Shown in pieces: positions 11,839 through 24,023 of a stretch of DNA of 53,377 nt. The stretch's first letter is position 1, and each line of letters starts with the position of its first letter. A program made the translations under genes and the position numbers. Source of the DNA: Octopus bimaculoides (Eukaryota); contig NC_069002.1 of assembly GCF_001194135.2 (NCBI RefSeq), positions 10,487,859 to 10,541,235 of the forward strand, read 5' to 3'. The notes under the pieces were generated by a model. The model worked only from the letters and a program-made list of their open reading frames with translations, did not search any database and was not told the origin of the DNA.

Positions 11839-12016
11839 GTGCCCACATTAACCTAGGCAAATAAGTGAGTTTCTAATTTATCCCCCGAAGAAACAAGTCC
11901 ATGCAAATCAGTGGCTTCTGTCACTGGGACTGTAATTAGACTAAGTTACCTGAGTTTGATTCCGACCAGAGCTTCCTATTGCCAAGCCTTTTAGTTGCCT
12001 CTTATGACATATAGAT

Positions 12017-12430
12017 GAAGGTAAATGGCCTAAAGGTTAAGCTGTTGCACTCGTGATCACAAGATGATGGTTTGGGTTCCTGGACTGGATGGTATGTTGT
12101 GTTCTAGGGCAGGGGTTTTCAAACTTTTTGACTTGTGGACCCCTTTATATTTCAGGCTTTACCTTATAAACGCTTATGAAATTTATACATAAATATTTGC
12201 TTAAAATAACATATATTTTTACATTTATTTATTTAACAGTATTTAACAAATAGGTTTATTGTCAATTAAAAGATTTCGATTAAAAAACATATATAAAATC
12301 AAATTGTCCATAAAAAGTATTTGCTGTGGACCACAGTTTGAAAACCCCTGTTCTAGAGCAAAAACACTTCATTTCATGTGACTCCAGTCCCCTCGGCTGT
12401 AAATAGACAAGCCCGTGATGGACTGAATTT
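12017..12430 (+). mobile_element. tRNA-derived SINE family F, split by a hAT MITE
   Basis: Head TGGCCTAAAGGTTAAG...GGGTTCCTGGACTGG; body GAGCAAAAACACTTCATTTCA..CTCCAGTCC; matches 34846 and 35205. Confidence 0.7.
12110..12350. mobile_element. hAT (Charlie-type) MITE
   Basis: Perfect 16-bp TIR CAGGGGTTTTCAAACT / AGTTTGAAAACCCCTG; 8-bp TSD TTCTAGGG / TTCTAGAG matching the NTCTAGAN hAT target. Confidence 0.9.
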
Positions 12431-12449
12431 CATGATGAAGTTAAGTTCA

Positions 12450-13540
12450 TCCCCATCACCCAACAAGGTGGGCTCAACTTCATTTCTGAAGACGAAGTAG
12501 ATATTAACGAAACTGTGATCGTTGAAGATGCTTTGAAGCTTTTATCAGGTTCTGAATATGAATTAGAAGAGAGTACATGTACTTTACATGAAAGAAAGTT
12601 TAAACGATCTTGTGAGGAACTTAAAACTACCGAAAGATAAGACAGGGTTTCTTGTCTCTTTTCTGAAAGAAAGAAACTTAAGAAAATATAACAACGAGTT
12701 ACTAAAGAGAGTGAAATTTTGATTTAGCAGTTTATTTCAGAGTGGATGGTCCTCTCAGTTATTGACATGAGTTTAATGGACATTTTACAAGTTTACCTGA
12801 AAGACACATTGTAAGAGAATAGTAGCTTTTTTATTGATTCAGTCTGATTTAAAAGCTGTTTTACTGCATAATGGAAATTTAAGCCCATCTCTCGCTACCA
12901 TTTTATTCATCGCGTTTAAAAGAAGCTTATGTTAACACAGATCCCTTTTAATACGATTCAATACAATGATCAACAAAGGAATCTTAGAGAAGATCTTAAA
13001 GTAATTGCCATGTCAATAGGTATGCAAAGGGAACTTTTACTGCTTTCGATCTTAGTGGGATAGTCATGTTATTACAGAACCTTATAAAAGAAGAGAACGA
13101 CCAACCAGATCTTTATGTATTCTGGTGAGAAATAACAACCAACCAGTTCCTTTTGTTGATTCAAAGAAAACGTTTTTCTGTTTTTACGATCACTTCACAT
13201 TAAGCTTGGTATAATGAAAATATTCGTTAAAACCAAAAGAAAACAACAAGAAAAATAACACATAAAAAAGAAGCAAAAACAAGACATGATTGCATACATT
13301 TTCAGTTTCTCTTGGAAATATTTCCAAAATTAAGTGCTGTGAAAATTGAAGATGGAATTTTTGTAGAACCTAAAATTCCAGTGTTTATCAAACGCTGAAA
13401 CCTTTTGATGAACCACTTACAGTACTTGGTACACTTTTGAAAGGGCCTGTTATAAATTTTTCCAGAAATTACAAGTCTCTTTGTTTCTGTAACGGAATTG
13501 GTGGAGAAACTGATTGTGGCTTTCATAGCTGTAGATTGTT
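12450..13540 (+). pseudogene. Decayed DNA-transposon transposase, Chapaev3-like (CMC superfamily)
   Basis: Colinear motifs across frameshifts: LNDLVRNLKLPKDK (12600), LKAVLLHNGN (12849), IQYND, DLKVIAMSIGMQ (12992), WDS, LHIKLGIMKIFVK (13193), FPKLSAVKIEDGIFVEPKI (13321); family name assigned from memory. Confidence 0.75.
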
Positions 13541-13574
13541 GTATATCTTTTACCTATATTTTTTATATACACAC

Positions 13575-14645
13575 CTGACAAAATGAATATAAGCAGTGGT
13601 AACAAAGAAGGGAAGCCAAGGTGTATGCTGAAAGTGAACAATCAAATCAACAAGCAGATATCATCCATCAACTACCTTGAAATTTTGATCATAGAAGATG
13701 TATGATGTGTGGAGATGAAAAGATGAATAGCACTGGCAAAATATGCATTCTGAAAATTGTACTCGGAGTATCAAAACCGGGATCTTGATATTGAACTGCT
13801 CTCTGTACTCTGTGTTTGTGTGGAAGCGCAATGGCCCAGTGGTTAGGGCAGCGGACTCGCGGTCATAGGATCATGGTTTCGATTCCCAGACCGGGCGTTG
13901 TGAGTGTTTATTGAGCAAAAAACAGCTAAAGCTCCACGAGGCTCTGGCAGGGGATGGTGGTGAACCCTGCTGTACTCTTTCACCATAATTTTCTCTCACT
14001 CTTACTTCTTGTTTCTGTTGTGCCTGTAATTCAAAGGGTCAGCTTTGTCACACTGTGTCACACTGAATATCCCCGAGAACTACGTTAAGGGTACACGTGT
14101 CTCTGGAGTGCTCAGCCACTTGCACGTTAATTTCACGAGCAGGCTGTTCCGTTGATCGGATCAACTGGAACCCTCGACGTCGTAAGCGACAGAGTGCCAA
14201 CAACCCTGTGTTTAATGTATGGAAGTGAAGTATAGTCTATAACATAAGAGATGAGAATGTGTTTGGGGAATCGTTAAACATGGTTCTTAAGGAGAATATT
14301 ACGGATAGCATGGACAAAGTGTCTAATGAAGAAATGATGACCAGAACCGCAGTAAATAGAAAACTACTATGCGAGATAAGGGTCAAACAACTAAGATTTG
14401 TTGGTCATGTGATGAGGAAAAAAAAGGACCCAGAGAATTTAGCGATGACTGGAAAGATTCAAGGGAAAAGAAATAGAGGAAAGAGAAGGATGATATGGGT
14501 GTCAAACTTGAGGAATTGGTTGGAAGAAAGAGGCATTAAACATAAGGAAGTGGAACTGCTGCAGAAAGCAAAGAAGAGAGAATTGTGCCAAGAAATGGTC
14601 ATCTATATCTTACATTTTGGACATGGCACCTAAAGAAAAAAGATA
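13575..14645 (+). mobile_element. RTE-clade LINE, C-terminal ORF2 remnant plus 3' end, interrupted by a SINE
   Basis: NYLEILIIED..KR*IALAKYAF before the SINE; LMYGSE..WFLRRILRIAWTK..SNEE..KQLRFVGHVMRK..MTGKIQGKRNRGKRRMIW..GHGT* after it. Confidence 0.85.
13822..14204 (+). mobile_element. tRNA-derived SINE family D, full length, (CAA)n tail
   Basis: A box TGGCCCAGTGG, B box GGTTTCGATTCC; TSD CTGTGTTT at 13810-13817 and 14206-14213. Confidence 0.92.
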
Positions 14646-14970
14646 TTCATACCTAGAACTTTTTGGTTCAGTCTGTGAAATATCAGAAGAGATTTTCTTA
14701 AATCTATAGAAATGTGGGAGTAGAAAGATTTGAACTTGGAATTCAAAGAACCGGAGGAAATATAGCACAAAGCATTTGTTTATAATCTTCGACAGTCTTT
14801 GAGCTGGTCATTGCTTAAATGACTAGGTGAAATAATATTATCTTACTTAGAACCAAATAAGGGTTGGTGACCGGAAAGCATCTGTCTGTAAATAAGCTTG
14901 CTTCAATAAGTTTTGCCTAACCTATGCAAAGATAGAAAAATGGGGTTTGAAAATGGTGATGATGCTATTG

Positions 14971-15009
<39 letters not shown>

Positions 15010-15129
15010 AGCATGTGTGTGAGGGAATAAAGACTGTGAGTTCAATACCTGAACATGGCCACTTGTTGAATTCTTGGGCAAGACACTTCATTACTTATTG
15101 CTGCAGTCTACTCAACTAAAAAATGAAAT

Positions 15130-15288
15130 ACCAGCCACAGCAACAGCAGCAGCAGCAGTAGTAGCAGCAACAACAGCAGCAGCAGCAGTAGCAGCTGTTG
15201 CAGTAGCTGCAACTGGGCTTTAGGTTTGTAACAATCTGGCATGCCAAAACAGAAGTCTTCGGCATACTATTTGCATTAGGTAGAGGCA

Positions 15289-15328
<40 letters not shown>

Positions 15329-15745
15329 CAGTAGTGGTGGTGGTGGTGATGATGGGAGTGTTGATGATGACAACGACAGATGATAAGACAACAACAATGA
15401 TGACAATGACGATGATGACGATGATGATATTGTTTGGAAAGAAAGTTTTTTTTCAAGGTGATAATGAATTAGGCCAAGAAGACAAATAACACTGGCTCCA
15501 TCTCCTCCTTTCACCACCACCACCGACAACAGCAATAATAACAACAACATCACTACCATCGCCATTACTGCCTTCACTGCCAACACCGTTACTACCGCTG
15601 CCACCACCACCACCACCATCACCATCACCATCACCACAATTAGCAACAACAAAGATACCACCAACACCAACAACAACAACACCATCACCATCACTACCAC
15701 CACCACCACCACCACCACCACCACCACTACCACCACCACCACCAT
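15130..15745. repeat. Compound trinucleotide low-complexity block (CAG/CAA, GAT, CAC)
   Basis: Direct inspection; followed by gap 15746-16358 and (TTC)n 16359-16468. Confidence 0.9.
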
Positions 15746-16582
15746 NNNNNNNNNNNNNNNNNNNNNNNNNNNNNNNNNNNNNNNNNNNNNNNNNNNNNNN
15801 NNNNNNNNNNNNNNNNNNNNNNNNNNNNNNNNNNNNNNNNNNNNNNNNNNNNNNNNNNNNNNNNNNNNNNNNNNNNNNNNNNNNNNNNNNNNNNNNNNNN
15901 NNNNNNNNNNNNNNNNNNNNNNNNNNNNNNNNNNNNNNNNNNNNNNNNNNNNNNNNNNNNNNNNNNNNNNNNNNNNNNNNNNNNNNNNNNNNNNNNNNNN
16001 NNNNNNNNNNNNNNNNNNNNNNNNNNNNNNNNNNNNNNNNNNNNNNNNNNNNNNNNNNNNNNNNNNNNNNNNNNNNNNNNNNNNNNNNNNNNNNNNNNNN
16101 NNNNNNNNNNNNNNNNNNNNNNNNNNNNNNNNNNNNNNNNNNNNNNNNNNNNNNNNNNNNNNNNNNNNNNNNNNNNNNNNNNNNNNNNNNNNNNNNNNNN
16201 NNNNNNNNNNNNNNNNNNNNNNNNNNNNNNNNNNNNNNNNNNNNNNNNNNNNNNNNNNNNNNNNNNNNNNNNNNNNNNNNNNNNNNNNNNNNNNNNNNNN
16301 NNNNNNNNNNNNNNNNNNNNNNNNNNNNNNNNNNNNNNNNNNNNNNNNNNNNNNNNNNTTCTTCTTCTTCTTCTTCTTCTTCTTCTTCTTCTTCTTCTTC
16401 TTCTTCTTCTTCTTCTTCTTCTTCTTCTTCTTCTTCTTCTTCTTCTTCTTCTTCTTCTTCTTCTTCCTGTTGTTCTGTTTGTTTAAATATTTTTCTCGGA
16501 ACCAGTTTTCTGTCACTATTTACTTGGCTTTTTTCAAAAATCTTTTTTCTTCAATTTGCTCTCTCTCTCTCTCTCTTTCTCT

Positions 16583-16619
<37 letters not shown>

Positions 16620-17051
16620 CTCTCTCTCTCTCTCTCTCCTTTTCTCTCCCTCTTTCTCTCCCCTCTCTCTCTCTATATATATATATATCTCTATCTCTTT
16701 CATTCAACCACTTATTTTCTGCCTGTTCTTATTCACTGATCTTCATTTTTTTCTTTCCCATTCTTTTTCTNNNNNNNNNNCTCTCTTTCTCTTTCTTTCT
16801 TCTCTCTCTAATATGATTTGGCATCAGTGTCATCTCAGGCGTTGCCCTCACAAGGCCAAGAGCTGCTACAAATACTGCCAGGCAGCTCATATATATATAT
16901 ATATATATATATCATCATCATCATCATCATCATAGCCACCACAACCACCAGCATCTTTATATACATACATACATACATACATACATATATGCATATATAT
17001 ACATATGTATATATATATATATATATAAATATAAATATATATATATATGTA

Positions 17052-17260
17052 TCATCATCATCATCGTTTAACGTCCGCTTTCCATGCTAGCATGGGTTGG
17101 ACGATTTGACTGAGGACTGGTGAAACCAGATGGCTACACCAGGCTCCAATCTGATTTGGCAGAGTTTCTACAGCTGGATGCCCTTGCTCACGCCAACCAC
17201 TCAGAGAGTGTAGTGGGTGCTTTTACATGTCACCCGCACGAAGGCCAGTCAGGCGGTACT
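17052..17260 (-). mobile_element. Young RTE 3' end (family B)
   Basis: Near-identical to 45-205 and 31139-31335. Confidence 0.88.
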
Positions 17261-17283
17261 ACATACACACATATATATATATA

Positions 17284-17688
17284 TTTTTTTATTCTATTAC
17301 TTGTTTCAGTCATTTGACTGTGGCCATGTTGGAACACCTCCTTAAAGGGTTTTAGTCGAAGAAATCAACCGCAGGACTTATTCTTTATAAGCCCAGTACT
17401 TACTCTATTGCTCTCTTTTTGCTGAACCACTAAGTTACGGGGGGTACATAAATACACCAACATCGGTTATTAAGCGATGTGTGTCTGTGTTTGTCTGCCT
17501 CTACTGCTTGGCAACTGGTGATGGTGAGCTTGATTTAGTGGTTCAGCAAAAGACACCGATAGAATGAGCGCTAGGCTTTAAAAAGTTGACAAAAAATAAG
17601 CCTTGGTGTCAATTTGTTCCACTAAGACCCTTCATGCAGGTGCTCTAGCATGGCCACGGTGAAATGATTGAAGCAAGCAGAAGATAAA

Positions 17689-17725
<37 letters not shown>

Positions 17726-17885
17726 CAGGCATGGCTGTGTGATAAGAAGCTTGCTTCCCAACTACATGGTTCTGGGTTCGGTCCCACTGCATGGCGCCTT
17801 GGGAAAGTGCCTTCTACTATAGCCTTGGGCTGACCAAAGCCTTGTGAGTGGATTTGTTAGATGCAAACTGAAAGAAGCTTGTTGT
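17284..17885. mobile_element. SINE family A cluster: minus 3' half (17284-17480), plus 3' half (17481-17690), plus 5' half (17723-17885)
   Basis: Each segment aligns by eye to the 28374-28790 copy. Confidence 0.75.
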
Positions 17886-18029
17886 ATATACATGTGTGTG
17901 TATACATATATATATACATGTGTGTGTGTGTAATGATGATGATGATCGTGAGATAACACTATGACCCTCCTATGATCCTCACCACTTTGTCCCTTTTTTT
18001 CACACTAACCCCTCGCATTATTGTTTCCT

Positions 18030-18215
18030 CATATTGGGAAGGGCATCTGGCTGTAGAAACCATATCCCAGAAGACATCAGAGCTCAACGTGGTCCTTCGG
18101 TTTGTTACATCCTGTTAAACCATCTAACCCATGCCAGCATGAAAGACAGACATTACAAGTTGACGATGATGATGATGATTATGATGATGATGATGATTAT
18201 GATGATGATGATGGT
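18030..18215 (+). mobile_element. RTE 3' end (family B), diverged
   Basis: GGAAGGGCATCTGGCTGTAGAAACC...AACCCATGCCAGCATGAAAG then (GAT)n. Confidence 0.7.
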
Positions 18216-18995
18216 ATATTTATATGTTTGTGTCTATATAGACAAGTTAGCTGTAAAGTTACAGAAGTGATGTAAGGGCAGAGATTTTTTTGTGCATTGC
18301 ACTTATTGAAGTAAATTGTCAATCATCAATTCAGCCTTTATTTATGGAACGAATTGCAATTTCTATCTGGAGTCTTCAATCAAAAATCATTATTGGGATG
18401 CCAGGTGATAATCAATAACTTTCAAAAATGTACCTGTTAAGTAAAAGTGGGTGAGGAGCAAAGGTAGAAAAAAAAGTAGAATAAAAAATTTCAAAAATAA
18501 AATAAAGTGCAACCGAACAGTATAAATGCATAAATAAAAACATAGGTACAGTTATGCAGTAAAAATACAAATCACACAGACGTAGATAAATTGTGCATTT
18601 TCCTTTTTTTTTCTTCCTATTTGGCACTCCGCCGTCGTGTGTCTGAAAAGGAGTAACATATTCAAATTTCCAAAATGATAAACAAAAGTTGTAGAGGAAG
18701 AATAGAACCTAAAAGAAATTAAACAGAATTTAAAAAAAAATATAAAAATATAAAATAAAAAATAGTACACTCAGATAAAATTATTTTTCATGTTAATTCA
18801 AATAGCATTGGAAAGGATTAAAATAAATTTGGTAAAAAAAAAGGAATTTATCCAACAACCCAATAGTCATACATATAGACGTAGCCATACTTATAGACAT
18901 ACAAAATATTTAAAGGTATACAAGGATATATATGCATAATGGGGCATACAGGAATACATACGTGTGTGTGTGTACACTTGCACATACTTGTGCAT

Positions 18996-18996
<1 letters not shown>

Positions 18997-19031
<35 letters not shown>

Positions 19032-19158
19032 GTTTAACGTCCGCTTTCCATGCTAGCATGGGTTGGACGATTTGACTGAGGACTGGTGAAACCGGATGGC
19101 AACACCAGGCTCCAATCTAAATTTGGCAGAGTTTCTACAGCTGGATACCCTTCCTAAT
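18997..19158 (-). mobile_element. Young RTE 3' end (family B)
   Basis: Near-identical to 45-190. Confidence 0.88.
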
Positions 19159-19496
19159 ATATATATATTATATGCATACAAGTAAATTTAAATATACATC
19201 CATGCTTCAATATATGCATAGATATATATATATATACATACATGCAAAACACTCTCTCTCTCTCACTTACTCACTCACACACATACACACACAAGAATAT
19301 GTGCATATTAGGGTGTGAAGAAATAGAGGAGGAATTTAAAGGATTCGTTAACTATAGGAAAAAAATGAGTGATGCTAAAAAGTATGTTTCTCTCGTTTGC
19401 ATATGGTGAGTGGACTAACACAAACTTACTTGCTTGTGTGTGTGTGTATGTATGTGTGTGTGTGCATGTGTGTGTGTATGTATGTGTGTGTGTGTG

Positions 19497-19529
<33 letters not shown>

Positions 19530-19676
19530 ATGCATGTATTTGTGTGTGTGTGTACATACACGTTCCTTCACACAAATATATATGTGTGTATATATACACA
19601 GTGGTGCTCCAGCATGACCACAGCTGCATGGCTGAAATGAATAAAAGAATAAACGAATGCAAATACATGTACATGT

Positions 19677-19738
<62 letters not shown>

Positions 19739-20664
19739 NNNNNNNNNNNNNNNNNNNNNNNNNNNNNNNNNNNNNNNNNNNNNNNNNNNNNNNNNNNNNN
19801 NNNNNNNNNNNNNNNNNNNNNNNNNNNNNNNNNNNNNNNNNNNNNNNNNNNNNNNNNNNNNNNNNNNNNNNNNNNNNNNNNNNNNNNNNNNNNNNNNNNN
19901 NNNNNNNNNNNNNNNNNNNNNNNNNNNNNNNNNNNNNNNNNNNNNNNNNNNNNNNNNNNNNNNNNNNNNNNNNNNNNNNNNNNNNNNNNNNNNNNNNNNN
20001 NNNNNNNNNNNNNNNNNNNNNNNNNNNNNNNNNNNNNNNNNNNNNNNNNNNNNNNNNNNNNNNNNNNNNNNNNNNNNNNNNNNNNNNNNNNNNNNNNNNN
20101 NNNNNNNNNNNNNNNNNNNNNNNNNNNNNNNNNNNNNNNNNNNNNNNNNNNNNNNNNNNNNNNNNNNNNNNNNNNNNNNNNNNNNNNNNNNNNNNNNNNN
20201 NNNNNNNNNNNNNNNNNNNNNNNNNNNNNNNNNNNNNNNNNNNNNNNNNNNNNNNNNNNNNNNNNNNNNNNNNNNNNNNNNNNNNNNNNNNNNNNNNNNN
20301 NNNNNNNNNNNNNNNNNNNNNNNNNNNNNNNNNNNNNNNNNNNNNNNNNNNNNNNNNNNNNNNNNNNNNNNNNNNNNNNNNNNNNNNNNNNNNNNNNNNN
20401 NNNNNNNNNNNNNNNNNNNNNNNNNNNNNNNNNNNNNNNNNNNNNNNNNNNNNNNNNNNNNNNNNNNNNNNNNNNNNNNNNNNNNNNNNNNNNNNNNNNN
20501 NNNNNNNNNNNNNNNNNNNNNNNNNNNNNNNNNNNNNNNNNNNNNNNNNNNNNNNNNNNNNNNNNNNNNTATATATATATATATTAAGTATTTATGTGTA
20601 TGCACACACACACACACATGCACTCATACATATAACATATGTGTATAACATTCAAACTCTTTAA

Positions 20665-20886
20665 CCCTTTAGCATTCAGATTAACTCTGTCAAATATAAT
20701 CCTTATTTATCCACATTATTTTGAATTAATCATAGATTATTTTGTAGCTTTGAGATTCCAATGATGGGATTGATTTAGTTTTAGAATGACATTGTAGGGT
20801 AAGTGTGAGAGGCCTGACCTGGTCAGTTTGAACATAAAACATGTAGAATATTTGGGCCTGATATGGCTAGTTTGGATACTAAAGGG
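20665..20886. mobile_element. piggyBac-like MITE (second subfamily)
   Basis: TTAA|CCCTTTAGCATTC ... GATACTAAAGGG|TCAA; decayed relatives at about 44285-44490 and 44850-45010. Confidence 0.75.
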
Positions 20887-20925
20887 TCAAAGGACTTTTT
20901 CCTGGACGAATTCTGCTGCCAATAC

Positions 20926-21222
20926 TGTTGGCACTCCGTCGCTTACGACGTCGAGGGTTCCAGTTGATCCGATCAACGGAACAGCCTGCTCGTGAAATTA
21001 ACGTGCAAGTGGCTGAGCACTCCACAGACACGTGTACCCTTAACGTAGTTCTCGGGGATATTCAGCGTGACACAGTGTGACAAGGCTGACCCTTTGAATT
21101 ACAGGCACAACAGAAACAGGAAGTAAGAGTGAGAGAAAGTCGTAGTGAAAGAGTACAGCAGGGTTCGCCACCATCCCCTGCCGGAGCCTTGTGGAGCTTT
21201 AGGTGTTTTTGCTCAATAAACA
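20926..21222 (-). mobile_element. SINE family D, runs into a gap
   Basis: Reverse complement of the 13822-14204 body. Confidence 0.9.
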
Positions 21223-21994
21223 NNNNNNNNNNNNNNNNNNNNNNNNNNNNNNNNNNNNNNNNNNNNNNNNNNNNNNNNNNNNNNNNNNNNNNNNNNNNNN
21301 NNNNNNNNNNNNNNNNNNNNNNNNNNNNNNNNNNNNNNNNNNNNNNNNNNNNNNNNNNNNNNNNNNNNNNNNNNNNNNNNNNNNNNNNNNNNNNNNNNNN
21401 NNNNNNNNNNNNNNNNNNNNNNNNNNNNNNNNNNNNNNNNNNNNNNNNNNNNNNNNNNNNNNNNNNNNNNNNNNNNNNNNNNNNNNNNNNNNNNNNNNNN
21501 NNNNNNNNNNNNNNNNNNNNNNNNNNNNNNNNNNNNNNNNNNNNNNNNNNNNNNNNNNNNNNNNNNNNNNNNNNNNNNNNNNNNNNNNNNNNNNNNNNNN
21601 NNNNNNNNNNNNNNNNNNNNNNNNNNNNNNNNNNNNNNNNNNNNNNNNNNNNNNNNNNNNNNNNNNNNNNNNNNNNNNNNNNNNNNNNNNNNNNNNNNNN
21701 NNNNNNNNNNNNNNNNNNNNNNNNNNNNNNNNNNNNNNNNNNNNNNNNNNNNNNNNNNNNNNNNNNNNNNNNNNNNNNNNNNNNNNNNNNNNNNNNNNNN
21801 NNNNNNNNNNNNNNNNNNNNNNNNNNNNNNNNNNNNNNNNNNNNNNNNNNNNNNNNNNNNNNNNNNNNNNNNNNNNNNNNNNNNNNNNNNNNNNNNNNNN
21901 NNNNNNNNNNNNNNNNNNNNNNNNNNNNNNNNNNNNNNNNNNNNNNNNNNNNNNNNNNNNNNNNNNNNNNNNNNNNNNNNNNNNNNNNNAATAC

Positions 21995-22377
21995 TGTTGG
22001 CACTCCGTCGCTTACGACGTCGAGGGTTCCAGTTGATCCGATCAACGGAACAGCCTGCTCGTGAAATTAACGTGCAAGTGGCTGAGCACTCCACAGACAC
22101 GTGTACCCTTAACGTAGTTCTCGGGGATATTCAGCGTGACACAGTGTGTGACAAGGCTGACCCTTTGAATTACAGGTACAAACAGAAACAGGAAGTAAGA
22201 GTGAGAGAAAGTTGTGGTGGAAGAGTACAGCAGGGTTCGCCACCATCTCCTGCCAGAGCCTCGTGGAGCTTTAGGTGTTTTCGCTCAATAAACACTCACA
22301 ACACCCAGTCTGGGAATCGAAACCACAATCCTATGACTGCGAGTTCGCTGCCCTAACCACTGGGCCATTGTGCATCC
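21995..22377 (-). mobile_element. SINE family D, full length
   Basis: Reverse complement including head ...CCCTAACCACTGGGCCATTGTGCATCC. Confidence 0.9.
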
Positions 22378-22399
22378 ACGTGTGTGAGTATAAAGAAGT

Positions 22400-22665
22400 G
22401 TAAAGACCCCTTTCAGTCATGAATGACCAAGGGATTGCACCTAGAAAGTCACCCTCCCAGGCACAAGTCTGGGCAAGGTTGTTCATGGAAGACCAGCAGT
22501 CGTCCATGCATACCAGCCTCCTTCCGCCAACGTCAACAACTTTGCCTTTCATCCTTTCAGGGGTCGATAAATTAAGTACCAGTTGTGTACTGAGGTCAAT
22601 CTAATTGACTGGCATTCTCCCCCCAAATTTTGGGCCTTATGCCTAGCGTAGAAAAGATTATCAAC
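22400..22665. mobile_element. Retroposon tail fragment (minus, 22400-22535) joined to a Deu/Nin-core SINE fragment (plus, 22535-22665)
   Basis: GGGATTGCACCTAGAAAGTCACCCTCC (its reverse complement occurs at 42358-42425); ACTTTGCCTTTCATCCTTTCAGGGGTCGATAAATTAAGTACCAG. Confidence 0.65.
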
Positions 22666-23297
22666 ACATGCACTGTTTCAGAAATTGAACTCACAACCTC
22701 ATGATTGTGAGCTCGATGCTCCAACCGTTGAAGCATGTGGCTTCACATGTAATAAAGTGTAATAAATAATGAATAATGTATTTGTACATATGCAGGTGGT
22801 TTCTCATCATGAAAATATTAAATATATATTTGTAAGGTTCTCAAAATATTGCTTCTCTGTGGGGGACCTGCAAGCCCTAGAGGTAGCCATTATCATCCAG
22901 TTAATCCTGCATCCACATGCATACATACATGCAAACATACATACATACATGCATACATATATACATGCATACATATATACATACATACACTTAAAACGCA
23001 TGCATATACATACAAAGACACAGTTAAACATGCATACATATATATATATATATACATGTATACATGCGCTTAACATTTAAGCGTTCTCCTTTTCCTTCCT
23101 TTCTTCTTTCTTAGTTTCTTGCCCTTTCATCATGGACAACTCTCACTCTTGTTTTCTCTCCTTTTCTCTCTCTCTCTCTCATTGTCTGCTCATCTGTCGA
23201 TCCATGAATGTATGTATGCATGTATGTATGCATGTATGTATGCATGGATGAATGCATGCATCCATCTATCTACCTATCTGTCAGCCTGTCTATCTAT

Positions 23298-23331
<34 letters not shown>

Positions 23332-23564
23332 GTCTATCTATCTATCTATCTGTCTGTTTGTGTGTATGTATGTATGCGTGTGTGTATGTATGTATGTATG
23401 TATGTATGTATGCATGCACGTGTCTGTCTATATGTATGTTTGTGTATGTACATACGTACGTGCGTATGTATGTATGCATGTGTCTGTCTCTCTTGCTCGA
23501 TCGTTTTGTCTCTCATTCACTTCCTTTTTTTACTTCTCTTTTTTCCGAGAAGTAAACATTTCTC

Positions 23565-23720
23565 TTTCCTAAATTCTGCCAAGGTCGACTTAGCCTTTCA
23601 TCTTTTCAGGGTCAACACAATAAGTACCAACCAAGTACCAGATAAGTACTGGGTCAATGAAATCGACGAGCGTCCCACCCCCTGACATTGCTGACCTTGT
23701 GCCAAAATTCGAAAGCAATA
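23565..23720 (+). mobile_element. SINE family E (Deu/Nin-like core), diverged
   Basis: AAATTCTGCCAAGGTCGACTTAGCCTTTCATCTTTTCAGGGTCAAC. Confidence 0.7.
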
Positions 23721-23990
23721 TTTCTCTTTCTTTTTCTCTCTCTATATTTCTTTCCCTTTCATGTCTTTGTTTTTCTCAGCTTACCCCTCTCACACATCCA
23801 CCCCTAACTTATCTTTTCTTCCCTCTTTCTCATCCTCTTTCATTCTCTCCCTCTCTCTTTGTCTCTCTCTCTCTCTCTCTCTTTCACTCTCTCTCTCAAC
23901 TTCCCTGTCATTCAACTTTCTCTCTCTCTCTGTCTTTCTCTCTCTCTGTGTCTTTCTCTCTCTCTGTGTCTTTCTCTCTCTCTGTGTCTT

Positions 23991-24023
<33 letters not shown>

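Noticed and set aside
13822-13900. tRNA-like heads of the SINE families
   Set aside because: A and B boxes are present but run into SINE bodies with no acceptor stem; not tRNA genes
15130-15745. Poly-Ala/Gln/Pro-rich frames that look like low-complexity protein
   Set aside because: Pure triplet-repeat translation, stops in alternative frames and no consistent splice sites
18615-18645. CpG-rich 30-mer after a minus-strand acceptor-like site
   Set aside because: GACGGCGGAGTGCCAA matches the family D 3' tip (GCGACGGAGTGCCAA), so it is probably a retroposon scrap
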